Source of the DNA: Sporichthyaceae bacterium
GTDB taxonomy: Bacteria; Actinomycetota; Actinomycetes; Sporichthyales; Sporichthyaceae
Direction of reading: 5' to 3'
NCBI GenBank assembly: GCA_052389435.1
Contig: JBQTIB010000074.1
Location: 6,192 to 70,191 of the forward strand
Length of the DNA stretch: 64,000 nucleotides
Shown: piece by piece, positions 23,057-32,180 of the stretch
How the letters are laid out: the number at the start of each line of letters is the position of its first letter
Position numbering within the stretch: position 1 is the stretch's first letter
Translations under genes and position numbers: made by a program
Notes under the pieces: model-generated
What the model saw: only the letters and a program-made list of their open reading frames with translations
The model's database searches: none
What the model was told of the DNA's origin: nothing

Positions 23057-23920
23057 TCAGTCCAGGACGATGCCCTGGCGGGGGACGAAGCCGAGGAGGT
23101 CGGCGGCGCGGGAGATGTCGGCCCAGCTGTAGCTCGGGCGGTCCTCGCCGCCGGGCCGGACGTAGGCCAGTCGCAGGCCGCGGCTCTCGAGTTCGGCGAC
23201 GAGGTCTGCCGTGCTGCGGGCGACGCCGGAGCCGACGTTCGCGATCTCGTGCGTGCCGGCGACCCCCGGCACGCCGGTGGCGACGACCAACGCGCGGGCG
23301 ACCTCGTCCGCGTGCAGGTAGTCCCGGTAGAAGTTGTGCCAGCCCGTCAGCGGCACGGGCTGCGCCGGGATGGAGCGCGTCAGGCGTTCGCAGAGCGAGG
23401 CGTCCATGCCCGGCCCGTACACGTTGAAGATGCGCAGCGTCGTGAACGCCGTGTCCGAGGTCGGCGCCACCCGGGTCAACGTCTCCTCGGCGGCGAGCTT
23501 GGTGCGTCCGTAGACCGAACCCGGAGCGACGTTCTCCTCCTCCTTCGTCGGCGCAAGGGTCTTCTGGTCGTAGACGGCGGAAGTGGAGGAGAACACGAAC
23601 CGCTCGACTCCGTGCGCGGCGGCTGCGAGCGCGAGGTCGGCGGTGAAGCGGACGTTGCGGTCCCAGGCCTCCTCGGCACGATGCTCGCAGCCGCCTCCCG
23701 CGAGACCGGCCAGATGGACGATCGCCGTCGGGTGAACGGCCCCGACGAGCCGTTCGAGCGCGCTCGGATCGGCGCGGAGGTCGGCGGAGAGCACGCGCAC
23801 GCCCGGCCGCGGCGCCAGCGGACGGGAGTCGACCGCGACGACCTCGACGCACTCGCGGGCCAACTGCTCGACGACCCGCGCGCCGATCCGCCCGGCTGCG
23901 CCGGTCACCAGAATTCTCAT
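23057..23920 (-). CDS. NAD-dependent epimerase/dehydratase family protein (CapN-like sugar 4-keto reductase or epimerase)
   Basis: ATG at 23920: MRILVTGAAGRIGARVV (GxxGxxG) and a YGRTK catalytic YxxxK. Last gene of the polysaccharide operon. Confidence 0.8.
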   Translation of the reverse strand: MRILVTGAAGRIGARVVEQLARECVEVVAVDSRPLAPRPGVRVLSADLRADPSALERLVGAVHPTAIVHLAGLAGGGCEHRAEEAWDRNVRFTADLALAAAAHGVERFVFSSTSAVYDQKTLAPTKEEENVAPGSVYGRTKLAAEETLTRVAPTSDTAFTTLRIFNVYGPGMDASLCERLTRSIPAQPVPLTGWHNFYRDYLHADEVARALVVATGVPGVAGTHEIANVGSGVARSTADLVAELESRGLRLAYVRPGGEDRPSYSWADISRAADLLGFVPRQGIVLD

Positions 23921-23987
23921 CTGGCGTCCTTCGCCGGCTGGGCGAGCATCGACGCGCCACCGCACGGCGATTCGCGCGCACACTCCC

Positions 23988-24656
23988 TCACTGGTGCGCC
24001 TGCTGTCGGCCGCGATCCTGGGCCGGGATGCGCCCCTCGGCCGCTGCGAGCCGTTCCTGCTCGGCGAGGGCCTCGAAGGTCGGGTTGACCCCGCCCTCGC
24101 CGACGACGTTGCGCGGCATCAGCACGCACAGCACCGTAGCGCCGACGATCCGCAGATCGAGGTGCCAGGAACGGTTCTCGATGTACCAGAGGTCGTGCTC
24201 GATGCGCTGCGGGAGGGTGAAGGTGTTCCGGCCGCGCACCTGCGCCCAACCGGTCAGGCCCGGCCGGATCGCGAGGCGACCGAGCTGACGGTCGGTGTAG
24301 TGCGGAATGTGCTCGGGCAGTGCAGGCCGCGGGCCGATGAACCCCATGTCCCCGCGGGCGATGTTCACGAACTGCGGGAGCTCGTCGAGGCTGAACAGTC
24401 GCAGGATGCTGCCCGTGCGGGTTTTGCGCTCGTAGTCGGGCTGGCCGAGGTAGGCGGGCGGACGCATCGTGCGGAACTTGACGATGGAGAACTCGCGTCC
24501 GTCGATCCCGACGCGCTGCTGCCGGAAGATCACCGGGCGGCCCATGCTCAGGGCGATCGCAGCCGCGACGACCAGCATGACCGGGGCGGCCAGAACGAGC
24601 AGGACACTGGCCACGGTCGCGTCCACGACACGACGGCCCTCGGGTCGGCGCATCAT
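23988..24656 (-). CDS. Small monotopic phosphoglycosyl (bacterial sugar) transferase, CapM/PglC-like priming enzyme
   Basis: N-terminal re-entrant helix, then RPVIFRQQRVGIDGREFSIVKFRTM...SLDELPQFVNIARGDMGFIGPRP...RPGLTGWAQV (PF02397 signature). Confidence 0.85.
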   Translation of the reverse strand: MMRRPEGRRVVDATVASVLLVLAAPVMLVVAAAIALSMGRPVIFRQQRVGIDGREFSIVKFRTMRPPAYLGQPDYERKTRTGSILRLFSLDELPQFVNIARGDMGFIGPRPALPEHIPHYTDRQLGRLAIRPGLTGWAQVRGRNTFTLPQRIEHDLWYIENRSWHLDLRIVGATVLCVLMPRNVVGEGGVNPTFEALAEQERLAAAEGRIPAQDRGRQQAHQ

Positions 24657-25891
24657 CGGGCTCCCTTTCGGAGGACGCAGGACAGCATTCGCTCGAGGTG
24701 ATCGAGGCCGACGTCGGCGGTGAACTGCTCTTCGTAGGTCTTGCGCGCGATACGCCCCATGCGCTGAAGCTCGAAGGACGGCATGGTCGCCAGCGCGCGA
24801 ATCGAAAGCGCGGCGAGCTGGACGTCCCCCGGCGGCACCGGCAGACCGGCGCCGGAGTTGCCGACGAGTGCCGCGACGTCGCCCGGCGCGTGCGCCAGAA
24901 TCGGCCGACCCGCGGCGAGGACGCCCTGAACCTTGCTGGGCATGGTCGCGCGCAGCAGCGGAGTGTCCTTGAGGGAGACGATCTGCACGTCGGCGGCCGC
25001 GAGGTAGCGGCCGATCTCCGCCTGCGGGACGGGGTCGTGGAAGTGGACGTTGGTCGCGCGTAGTTGCGCGGCGTGCGCGGCGAGGGCCTCGCGTTCGGTG
25101 CCGGAGCCGACGAGGACGACGTTCGCCTGCGGGCACTGGGCGAAGGCGTCGATCAACGGACGCAGGCCCTGGACCTCGCCCATGTTCCCCGCGTACATGA
25201 ACAGGCGCTTGCCGGCGGGCAGGCCGAGCGAAGCGCGGACGCTGTCGCTGGAGGAGACGTCCGGGTGCAGGTGGGCGTCGTCGATCCAGTTCGGCGTGTA
25301 GTGGATCTTCGCCGCGGGGACGCCGCGCTCGATCAGCACGCCGCGCATCGACGGCGAGATCACGCCGATGCCCGCCGCCCTGCGGTAGGTCCAGTCGCAG
25401 AACCTGTCCAGACCCGTGTGCATGGCCTGGGCCGCGCGGCCCTCGACGAAGCCGCTGTCGGTGACGCTGTCCGGCCAGAGGTCCTGGATCAGGTGGCAGA
25501 CCGGGGCGCGGTTCGAGCGACCGGAGAGCAGCGCGGGCAGGACCGCGGTGGCGGGGCCGTAGTAGGTGAGCCAGACGTCGGGCCTGGGCAGCTTCGCCCG
25601 CCCGGCGACGGTGGCCGATCCGGCCCAGCTGAAGTAGTTGGCCATCCGGCGCACCGCGTTGGCGTCGTGGCTGGCGTAGAGCGGGGCCCGGTGCACGGTC
25701 ACCCGTTCGCCACGGACGTCCTTGCGGTAGCGCTGCAGCGGGTACCCCTCGTACAGGACGCCGTACGGGTAGTTCGGAAAACCCGTCAGGACGTCGACGT
25801 CGTGACCCCGCGAGGCCAGACCGTCCGCGATCTGGCCCGCCACGTGGCTGGGCTCTGGCGGAAACCACTGGGTGACGAATGCAACCCGCAA
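24653..25891 (-). CDS. Glycosyltransferase family 4 (WcaI/CapL-like)
   Basis: MRVAFVTQWFPPEP...GFPNYP N-terminus typical of WcaI-type GT4. The C-terminal half is GT-B like. TTG start. Stop overlaps the next start (ATGA). Confidence 0.85.
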   Translation of the reverse strand: MRVAFVTQWFPPEPSHVAGQIADGLASRGHDVDVLTGFPNYPYGVLYEGYPLQRYRKDVRGERVTVHRAPLYASHDANAVRRMANYFSWAGSATVAGRAKLPRPDVWLTYYGPATAVLPALLSGRSNRAPVCHLIQDLWPDSVTDSGFVEGRAAQAMHTGLDRFCDWTYRRAAGIGVISPSMRGVLIERGVPAAKIHYTPNWIDDAHLHPDVSSSDSVRASLGLPAGKRLFMYAGNMGEVQGLRPLIDAFAQCPQANVVLVGSGTEREALAAHAAQLRATNVHFHDPVPQAEIGRYLAAADVQIVSLKDTPLLRATMPSKVQGVLAAGRPILAHAPGDVAALVGNSGAGLPVPPGDVQLAALSIRALATMPSFELQRMGRIARKTYEEQFTADVGLDHLERMLSCVLRKGAR

Positions 25892-26069
25892 AGCGAACTC
25901 CCCCCGAAGTTGGCCTAGGTCAAGGCCAGCAGTTCTGGCTTGAAACTAGTTCGGGGGGAGTCGCCGATAAAGATGATTGCGCCAGCGGGGTTATTCGAAT
26001 TGTTACCTAGGTCCGTTTTGTCCTTTACCTATTTTCCGGCGACCTCGGGAGCCGGAACTGCAGGCGCCG

Positions 26070-27125
26070 CTAAACACTCGACTGCCCTGTTGCCAGCACC
26101 GCGACGGAGCCGCCGTACCGACGGGGAAGCGGGATGCGATCGTCGACCTTCGCGATGCGAAGTCCCGTAGCGGGAGTAATCTGATGCTTCGTCAGTTTCA
26201 TTGCCGCCAGGGCGGCGTAGCGCAGGACCGGGCCGTGGTGGCGCAGTTCGAGGTCCGGGAATTCACCGGCTAGCGACGCCATTCGCTCGGTGTCGAGTGG
26301 ACGACAGAATGCATTCGCTTCGCGCTTCCCGATCACGCGAGTCCCGATGCCGTGCAGCGCCGTCCGCCACGGCTCGACGGCCGCGAGAACGCCACCGGGC
26401 GCGAGGACGCGATTGAACTCACTCGCGGCGTAGTGGGCGGTCATGTGGTGCAGGCAGCCGCCCGAGTACATGACGTCGATGGAGTCGCTCGCGAACGGCA
26501 ACTGCTCGGCCACGGCGACGACTCCGACGAACCGATCCGCGACGCCGAAGCGCTCTGCGAGTCGTCGACCGAACTCGACCTCGGAGAGCATCGGGGTGAC
26601 GAGCAGACCCTGCGCGGCGCCGGCGAGCAGGAACTTGACCGCATGCAGGCCCTTTCCGCCGAGCTGCAGGACCGAGCGATCGGCAACCGAACCGATGTGT
26701 TCCAGGCAGTCGAGCTGTGCGGCCGCGTCGTAGTTGCAGTCGAGCCAGTCCCGGCCGAGCGGGCCGGACATCGCAGACATCCGCGCGTGCAGCCGCTCGA
26801 TGGCCTCCTCGTCGCCGGCGGTGCGGTTGTAGAACTCCATCTCGTCGTAGGCCTCGCCCCACCGCGGGTCGCGCAGGTCCGGCTGCGGCACGTCGGCCGT
26901 CAGCACCTCGGGGCCGAGCAGAATCGGGATGCCGTCGACGATCGCGTAGGCAGCGGCGTCGTCGCTGCGCAGCAGCACGCGGTCGGTGACGCCGAAGGGC
27001 GCGCCGAGGCGGGCCTGCAGGCCGCCGACGACCCAGTCCGCCTCGTCGGCGGACACCTCGCGCAGCGGCAGGTGGGTTTGCGGGCAGCGCAGATCCACGG
27101 TCGTACGGTCCTCGATGCTGGTCAT
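26070..27125 (-). CDS. Class I SAM-dependent methyltransferase with an N-terminal Trm112-like zinc-ribbon-type segment
   Basis: LRCPQTHLPL...IVDGIPILL, then VLQLGGKGLHAVKFLLAGAA and DSIDVMYSGGCLHHM methyltransferase motifs. Confidence 0.7.
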   Translation of the reverse strand: MTSIEDRTTVDLRCPQTHLPLREVSADEADWVVGGLQARLGAPFGVTDRVLLRSDDAAAYAIVDGIPILLGPEVLTADVPQPDLRDPRWGEAYDEMEFYNRTAGDEEAIERLHARMSAMSGPLGRDWLDCNYDAAAQLDCLEHIGSVADRSVLQLGGKGLHAVKFLLAGAAQGLLVTPMLSEVEFGRRLAERFGVADRFVGVVAVAEQLPFASDSIDVMYSGGCLHHMTAHYAASEFNRVLAPGGVLAAVEPWRTALHGIGTRVIGKREANAFCRPLDTERMASLAGEFPDLELRHHGPVLRYAALAAMKLTKHQITPATGLRIAKVDDRIPLPRRYGGSVAVLATGQSSV

Positions 27126-28390
27126 GCCATCCCCCTGGTCGTTCCGATATGGAGCGCCTCGCCGCGGCGAGGCTGTTCGGGCAGAGTCGACGTGGTGCCG
27201 CTCGACCGCAGCGGCTGCCGGGCCGCGGTCAGGCAGGCGCGCCACCAGTGGGCGGCGCCGAGCAGGGCGAGCACGGCGGCGCCCCAGCAGGAGCCGGCGG
27301 CCCCGGCGAGCATTCCCCCGGCGGCGGCGGCCAGCACCTGGGCCACCCCGAGGGCCGCGGTGCCGCGCAGGATGCCGCGCGCTCCGCTCAGCACCCGCAG
27401 GCCGGTCAGGGCGCCGACGGCCAGCGCCGTACCGAGCGCCCAGGCGCCGGCGGGCCACAGCAGCGTGCGCACTCCCGCCGGCACGTCGCCGAAGACGACG
27501 GCGACCGCGGAGCCGAACAGCAGGAACGCGGCCACGGTAGCGACTGCTACCAGAACACCGAGCGCAGCGCTGACGGCGGCGAGAAAGCGAAGCAGCCCCC
27601 GGGTGCCGGCGGCGCGCCGGCGGGCGGCCTCGCCGAGCGTGAACGATCCGGCGGCGGTCAGGAAGGTGTTCACCGGCGAGAGGATGGCCAACGCGGTGCT
27701 GAACAGGCCGAGCGCGACAACGCCCGAGGTCAGCGCGATGACGGCGAGGCTCAGCCGCCCAGCGCCCTGCCCCACGAGCACCGAACCCGCGAGCGGCAGA
27801 CCCAGCGAGCGCTGGTCGAGGAGATAGCGAACGCTACCGCGCGCCGGGACGATGCGGCCCGTCGTCAGGCCGATGACGGCGGCCGCGGCGGCACCCAGGC
27901 CCCAGCACAGCAGCGGGGTGGCGGGTCCGGAGTTCGGGTCGAGCAGGACCAGGGCGACGCCGACGGTGACGACCAGGCACGCCGCGTCGTTTCCGGCCGC
28001 CCGCCACGGCCGATCGGCGGCGAAGAACCCGAAACGGCACACGTCCTGCAGGAGCAGTGCCGGTAGGACGACCGCGCCGGCCAGGAGCAGATCGCCGGTG
28101 GTTCCCGCCGCCAGTCCCCCGGCGCCGGCCGCCACGACCGCGAGCGCGACGCCGACCAGCAGGGCGGCGCCGGCGGCGGCGTCCGTCGCCGCGCGCCGCA
28201 CCGCACCGGGGGCCGCGGCGTAGCCGAGCAGCAGCGGTTCGCACAGCAGCGCACGGACCGCCGCCACGGCGAGGACGAGCACGGTGAACGCGAGGGTGAA
28301 CGCTCCGACCTCGCGGATCTCGAGCGCGCGGATCGCGAGCAGCATCAGGGCGAAGTTCGAGGCGCCGCAGACGATCTGATCGACCGTCAT
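27122..28390 (-). CDS. Polytopic membrane protein, polysaccharide flippase-like (paralogue 1 of 3)
   Basis: 422 aa, about 12 hydrophobic segments. N-terminus MTVDQIVCGASNFALMLLAIRAL and the LLQDVCRFGFFAADRPWRAAGNDAACL block are shared with the proteins at 40981 and 47056. Confidence 0.55.
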   Translation of the reverse strand: MTVDQIVCGASNFALMLLAIRALEIREVGAFTLAFTVLVLAVAAVRALLCEPLLLGYAAAPGAVRRAATDAAAGAALLVGVALAVVAAGAGGLAAGTTGDLLLAGAVVLPALLLQDVCRFGFFAADRPWRAAGNDAACLVVTVGVALVLLDPNSGPATPLLCWGLGAAAAAVIGLTTGRIVPARGSVRYLLDQRSLGLPLAGSVLVGQGAGRLSLAVIALTSGVVALGLFSTALAILSPVNTFLTAAGSFTLGEAARRRAAGTRGLLRFLAAVSAALGVLVAVATVAAFLLFGSAVAVVFGDVPAGVRTLLWPAGAWALGTALAVGALTGLRVLSGARGILRGTAALGVAQVLAAAAGGMLAGAAGSCWGAAVLALLGAAHWWRACLTAARQPLRSSGTTSTLPEQPRRGEALHIGTTRGMA

Positions 28391-28416
28391 GGCGACGGCG
28401 CCGCGGCGGGCGGTGC

Positions 28417-29601
28417 TCACGTGCCCTTCCTCGCCTGCGGGACCGTCGCGAGCCACTCGCCGAACCGGCGCTCCAGGGTGGTCTTCTCGAACGCGCGCGC
28501 CGCCTCGAGGTTGCGGGCGGACTGTGCCTCCCAGGCAACCGGGTCGGCGATCAGGGCGGCGATCGCGTCGGCGAGCGCCGCAACGTCGTCGCGGCCGACG
28601 ATGTACTCGGCCTCGAGGAGTTCGGGGATTCCGCCGACGTCCGAGCCCACCGCCGGCAGCCCACGGGCCATGGCCTCGACCATGGCGCGGGGCAGGCCCT
28701 CCACCCGCGAAGGCATGACGAACACCGACGCCGCGTCGAGCAGTGCGTTCAGGTCGACGCGCTCGGGGATGTTGCCGGCGAACTCGACGCGATGGGCCAC
28801 GCACGCGTTCCGCGCGTGGGCTTCGAAGTCCGCGCGGCGGCGACCGTCGCCGACCAGGGTCAGCGAGACGTCGAGGCCGCGCTCGAGCAGCAGGGCGAGG
28901 GCGTCGATGAGGACGTCCTGCGCCTTGTAGGTGACCTCCATGGTGCCGACGGAGATCAGCACCTGGGTGCCCGGACGGTAGGACCGGGGACGATCGAGAA
29001 TCCCGTCGGGGCCGAGGTGGACATCCGAAATGCCGGCCGTCGGCGTGCCCGGAGCCGGCGGATAGCTGCGCTGCAACGCCTCGCTCGTGACGTAGCGGGA
29101 GGCGGCGGCTCCGCGCACGATCCAGCGGATGTAGGCGGCGGCGATGGGCGCGATCCGCGCGACCCAGGGCCCGAAGACTCCCGAGCGCGCAACCTCGCCG
29201 AGATCGGAGACCACGTCGACGGCGTACCGGCGGCGCAGCAGCCGACACCACGCTGCGGCGATGGAGGTGACCGGTCCGGGAACGCGCAGCACGATCTGCT
29301 CCGCGGTCCTCAGCGGCCCGTAGAGGGCCACCGTCAGTTGCGGAATCGACCGCACGAACCGGCGCGGTCCGACGCTGTGCGGCAGCGGCGCGACCTCGAT
29401 GGGCGAAAGCTTCAGCGATCCGCTGCCGTGACTCCGGTCGACCCGGGCGACCAGCCGAAGCCGATCGCCCGTCGTGGTGTACGGGGACCACACCACGCCC
29501 GCGGTGGCCATGTCGTACGCGGCGGCGTCGCCGTCCTCGTCGGTCCCGAAACGGGAGTCGGTGAAGACGGATCTGACCGCCGCGGGCGGTGGGGTGCTCA
29601 T
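28417..29601 (-). CDS. Glycosyltransferase family 4 (tandem paralogue b)
   Basis: C-terminal FVMPSRVEGLPRAMVEAMARGLPAVGSDVGGIPELL (EX7E region). The N-terminal domain is shared with the upstream paralogue. Confidence 0.8.
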   Translation of the reverse strand: MSTPPPAAVRSVFTDSRFGTDEDGDAAAYDMATAGVVWSPYTTTGDRLRLVARVDRSHGSGSLKLSPIEVAPLPHSVGPRRFVRSIPQLTVALYGPLRTAEQIVLRVPGPVTSIAAAWCRLLRRRYAVDVVSDLGEVARSGVFGPWVARIAPIAAAYIRWIVRGAAASRYVTSEALQRSYPPAPGTPTAGISDVHLGPDGILDRPRSYRPGTQVLISVGTMEVTYKAQDVLIDALALLLERGLDVSLTLVGDGRRRADFEAHARNACVAHRVEFAGNIPERVDLNALLDAASVFVMPSRVEGLPRAMVEAMARGLPAVGSDVGGIPELLEAEYIVGRDDVAALADAIAALIADPVAWEAQSARNLEAARAFEKTTLERRFGEWLATVPQARKGT

Positions 29602-30947
29602 CGTTGGCCGGTACCCGATTCCTCGGCGCTCTCGATCGCCTCGGCTTCGCGCTGATGCGGGAACGCACCGCCCGCGCCGGCACCGGTCTGCGCGTTCTTG
29701 TCGGTCTGCCGCTGCCGGGGCAGCCACACGGCGGGCTCGGGCGCCTCGGCGGGCACGGGCAGCCGGTCGTGACGGTCGCCGCGAGCGGCCGGGATGCGCA
29801 CGGCCCAGTCGGTGAAGCGCTCCTGCAGCGCGACCTCGTCGAAGGTCTTGGCAGTCGCGAGGTTGCGTGCGGACTCCTGCTCCCAGCGCACCGGGTCGTC
29901 GAGCAGGCGTGCAATGCCCTGGGCCAGCGCGATCGGGTCGTCCGGCTTGACGACGCAGCGCCAGTCGAGAAGTTCCGGGATGCCGCCGACGTTGGACGCC
30001 ACCGACGGCAGCGCGCGGGCCATCGCCTCGACCATGGCCCGCGGCAGGCCCTCCATGCGGGAGGGCATGACGAAGACCGACGCGGAGTCGAGCCGCTCGA
30101 TCAGCTCGGCCCGGTCGGCGATGTTGCCGGTGAACACGACGCGGTCGGTCAGCGCAAGGCGGGCGACCTGGGCCTCGAACTCCGGCCGCATCCGGCCCTG
30201 GCCGACGAGCACGACCTCGATGTCGTAGCCGCGGTCGAGGAGCTGCCGCGCGGCGTCGAGGACGACGTCCTGCGCCTTGTAGTTGACCTCCATCGTGCCG
30301 ACGGAGATGAGCCTGTGCCGACCCGGCTGCCATGCACGCGGTTCGGCGCGAAGCCCCTCGACGCCGAGGCAGACGTCGGAGACGCCGACCGTCGGGGTGT
30401 CCGGGGCAGGCGGGTACACCCGCTGCAGCGCCTCCTGCGTGACGTACCGCGAGGAGGAGGCGCCGGAGACGATCCAGCGGATGTGCGCGTCCATGGCCCT
30501 GGCGAGCATGGACAGACCGCGACCGAGGGAGCCGGACCGGGCGAGCGCGCCCATGTCGGCCGCGACGTCGACGCCGTAGCGCAGGCGCCGGCCCCGGCAG
30601 ATCAGCGCGGCGAGCGAACTGATCGGGCCCGGCACGCGCAGCACGATCTCGCCCGCGCGGGACAGTTCGCGGTTCAGCGCGACCAGCAGCGCCGGCGTGC
30701 GGAGAATGAGCTTGACCAGGCCGATGCAGTGCGGCAGCGAGCCGACCTGCACGGGCCCGCTCATCGTCAGCGCGCCGCTGCCCGGCTGCGGGTTCACCCG
30801 CGCGAGAATCCGCACCGGCTCGCCGGTGCGGGTGTAGTACTTCCAGGCCGCGGGCGCGTTGGAGGCGTCGAGCGCCGCCGGGTTCCCGTCGGCGTCCGTG
30901 CCGAATCGGGCGTCGGTGACGACGCACCGCACTCCTTGCTCAGTCAT
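29598..30947 (-). CDS. Glycosyltransferase family 4 (tandem paralogue a, with a charged C-terminal tail)
   Basis: FVMPSRMEGLPRAMVEAMARALPSVASNVGGIPELL. Collinear similarity to 28417..29601 from TDARFGTD onward. About 55 extra C-terminal residues. Confidence 0.8.
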   Translation of the reverse strand: MTEQGVRCVVTDARFGTDADGNPAALDASNAPAAWKYYTRTGEPVRILARVNPQPGSGALTMSGPVQVGSLPHCIGLVKLILRTPALLVALNRELSRAGEIVLRVPGPISSLAALICRGRRLRYGVDVAADMGALARSGSLGRGLSMLARAMDAHIRWIVSGASSSRYVTQEALQRVYPPAPDTPTVGVSDVCLGVEGLRAEPRAWQPGRHRLISVGTMEVNYKAQDVVLDAARQLLDRGYDIEVVLVGQGRMRPEFEAQVARLALTDRVVFTGNIADRAELIERLDSASVFVMPSRMEGLPRAMVEAMARALPSVASNVGGIPELLDWRCVVKPDDPIALAQGIARLLDDPVRWEQESARNLATAKTFDEVALQERFTDWAVRIPAARGDRHDRLPVPAEAPEPAVWLPRQRQTDKNAQTGAGAGGAFPHQREAEAIESAEESGTGQR

Positions 30948-32112
30948 GCTTTCCCCCGTGTAGGACGACGTTGCCCGCACCAAGCTGCTGCGGGATCTGG
31001 CGCAGTCCCGCCCACCCGGCGTGCCTACGCGCCGTGGAGACGATGAACCGCACAACTCGATCGGCAGTGTTGGAGATGGCGTAGTCGGCCGGAAGGGTCC
31101 GGGCCGGGTCGTGGTGACGCATCGTCAGGTCGACGGCGATCACGACGTCGCGTGCGTCGAGCCCGGTCATTACGATGCCGCCCGTGTCGAGGGCTTCGGG
31201 CCGCTCGATGGAGTCGCGCAGGGTGATGGCCGGAAAGCCGAGGATGGTGGACTCCTCGGCGATGGTGCCGGAATCGGACAGCACGCACGCCGCCGAGAGC
31301 TGGAGGCGGTTGTAGTCGTGGAAGCCGAACGGCTCGGCGAACTGCACGCCCTCGGGCAACGTCGCCGCCGGCAGCGCCTCGAGCCGCTTGCGGGTACGCG
31401 GATGGGTGGACACCAGCACGGGCAGACCGAAGCGGGACCGCACCGCGGCCAGGCAGTCGAGCAGCATCCTCAGGCGTGCCGGGTTGTCGACGTTCTCCTC
31501 GCGGTGCGCGCTGACGAGGAAGTAGCCGCGCGCGGTCAGACCGAGGCGCGTCAGGACGTCGGAGGCCTCGATCTGGTCGCGGTAGGCCTCGAGGACCTCG
31601 CGCATGGGCGAGCCGGTCAGCAGGATCCGCCGCGGGTGCAGGCCCTCGGCCAGCAGGTTGCGCCGCGCGTGCTCGGTGTAGACGAGGTTGAAGTCCGCGA
31701 CGTGGTCGATGAGGCGACGGTTGGTCTCCTCGGGCACGTTCTCGTCGAAGCAGCGGTTGCCGGCCTCCATGTGGAACACCGGGATCCGCATGCGCTTGGC
31801 CATGATCGCGGCCAGGCAGGAGTTGGTGTCGCCGAGCACGAGGAAGGCGTCGGGCTTCTCCTCGCGGAGCACCTGTTCGACCTTGATGAGCGTTTCGCCG
31901 AGGACCGTGCCGAGCGAACTGGTGTCGACGCCGAGCATGTGGTCGGGGCGGCGTAGGCCGAGGTCGGAGAAGAAGACCTCGTTGAGGTTGTAGTCGTAGT
32001 TCTGGCCCGTGTGGACGAGCACGTGCTCCACGCTCTCCTCGAGCCGCGCGATGACCCGCGACAGCCGGATGAGCTCCGGACGCGTTCCGACAACCGTTAC
32101 GACCTTCAGCAT
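30940..32112 (-). CDS. wecB: UDP-N-acetylglucosamine 2-epimerase (non-hydrolysing), FnlC/CapG type
   Basis: ATG at 32112 after GGGAGGTG: MLKVVTVVGTRPELIRLSRVI...LVHTGQNYDYNLNEVFFSDLG...HMEAGNRCFDENVPEETNRR...VSAHREENVD. Confidence 0.9.
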   Translation of the reverse strand: MLKVVTVVGTRPELIRLSRVIARLEESVEHVLVHTGQNYDYNLNEVFFSDLGLRRPDHMLGVDTSSLGTVLGETLIKVEQVLREEKPDAFLVLGDTNSCLAAIMAKRMRIPVFHMEAGNRCFDENVPEETNRRLIDHVADFNLVYTEHARRNLLAEGLHPRRILLTGSPMREVLEAYRDQIEASDVLTRLGLTARGYFLVSAHREENVDNPARLRMLLDCLAAVRSRFGLPVLVSTHPRTRKRLEALPAATLPEGVQFAEPFGFHDYNRLQLSAACVLSDSGTIAEESTILGFPAITLRDSIERPEALDTGGIVMTGLDARDVVIAVDLTMRHHDPARTLPADYAISNTADRVVRFIVSTARRHAGWAGLRQIPQQLGAGNVVLHGGKHD

Positions 32113-32180
32113 CGGTCGCACCTCCCCCGAGTTCGTCACCAGTCGATCCTTGTGGTGGACCCGTTCGGCCCACCAGTCGT

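Noticed and set aside
20919-23132. The 737-aa plus-strand ORF and 333-aa minus-strand ORF (20957..21958) that read through the repeat arrays (recurring peptides LRSWMTxGPP or VIHERRP)
   Set aside because: The repeated peptides appear in every frame because the DNA itself is repeated. These ORFs overlap the well-supported LPXTG and AbiEi-like genes, and they have no start or SD context or domain signature.
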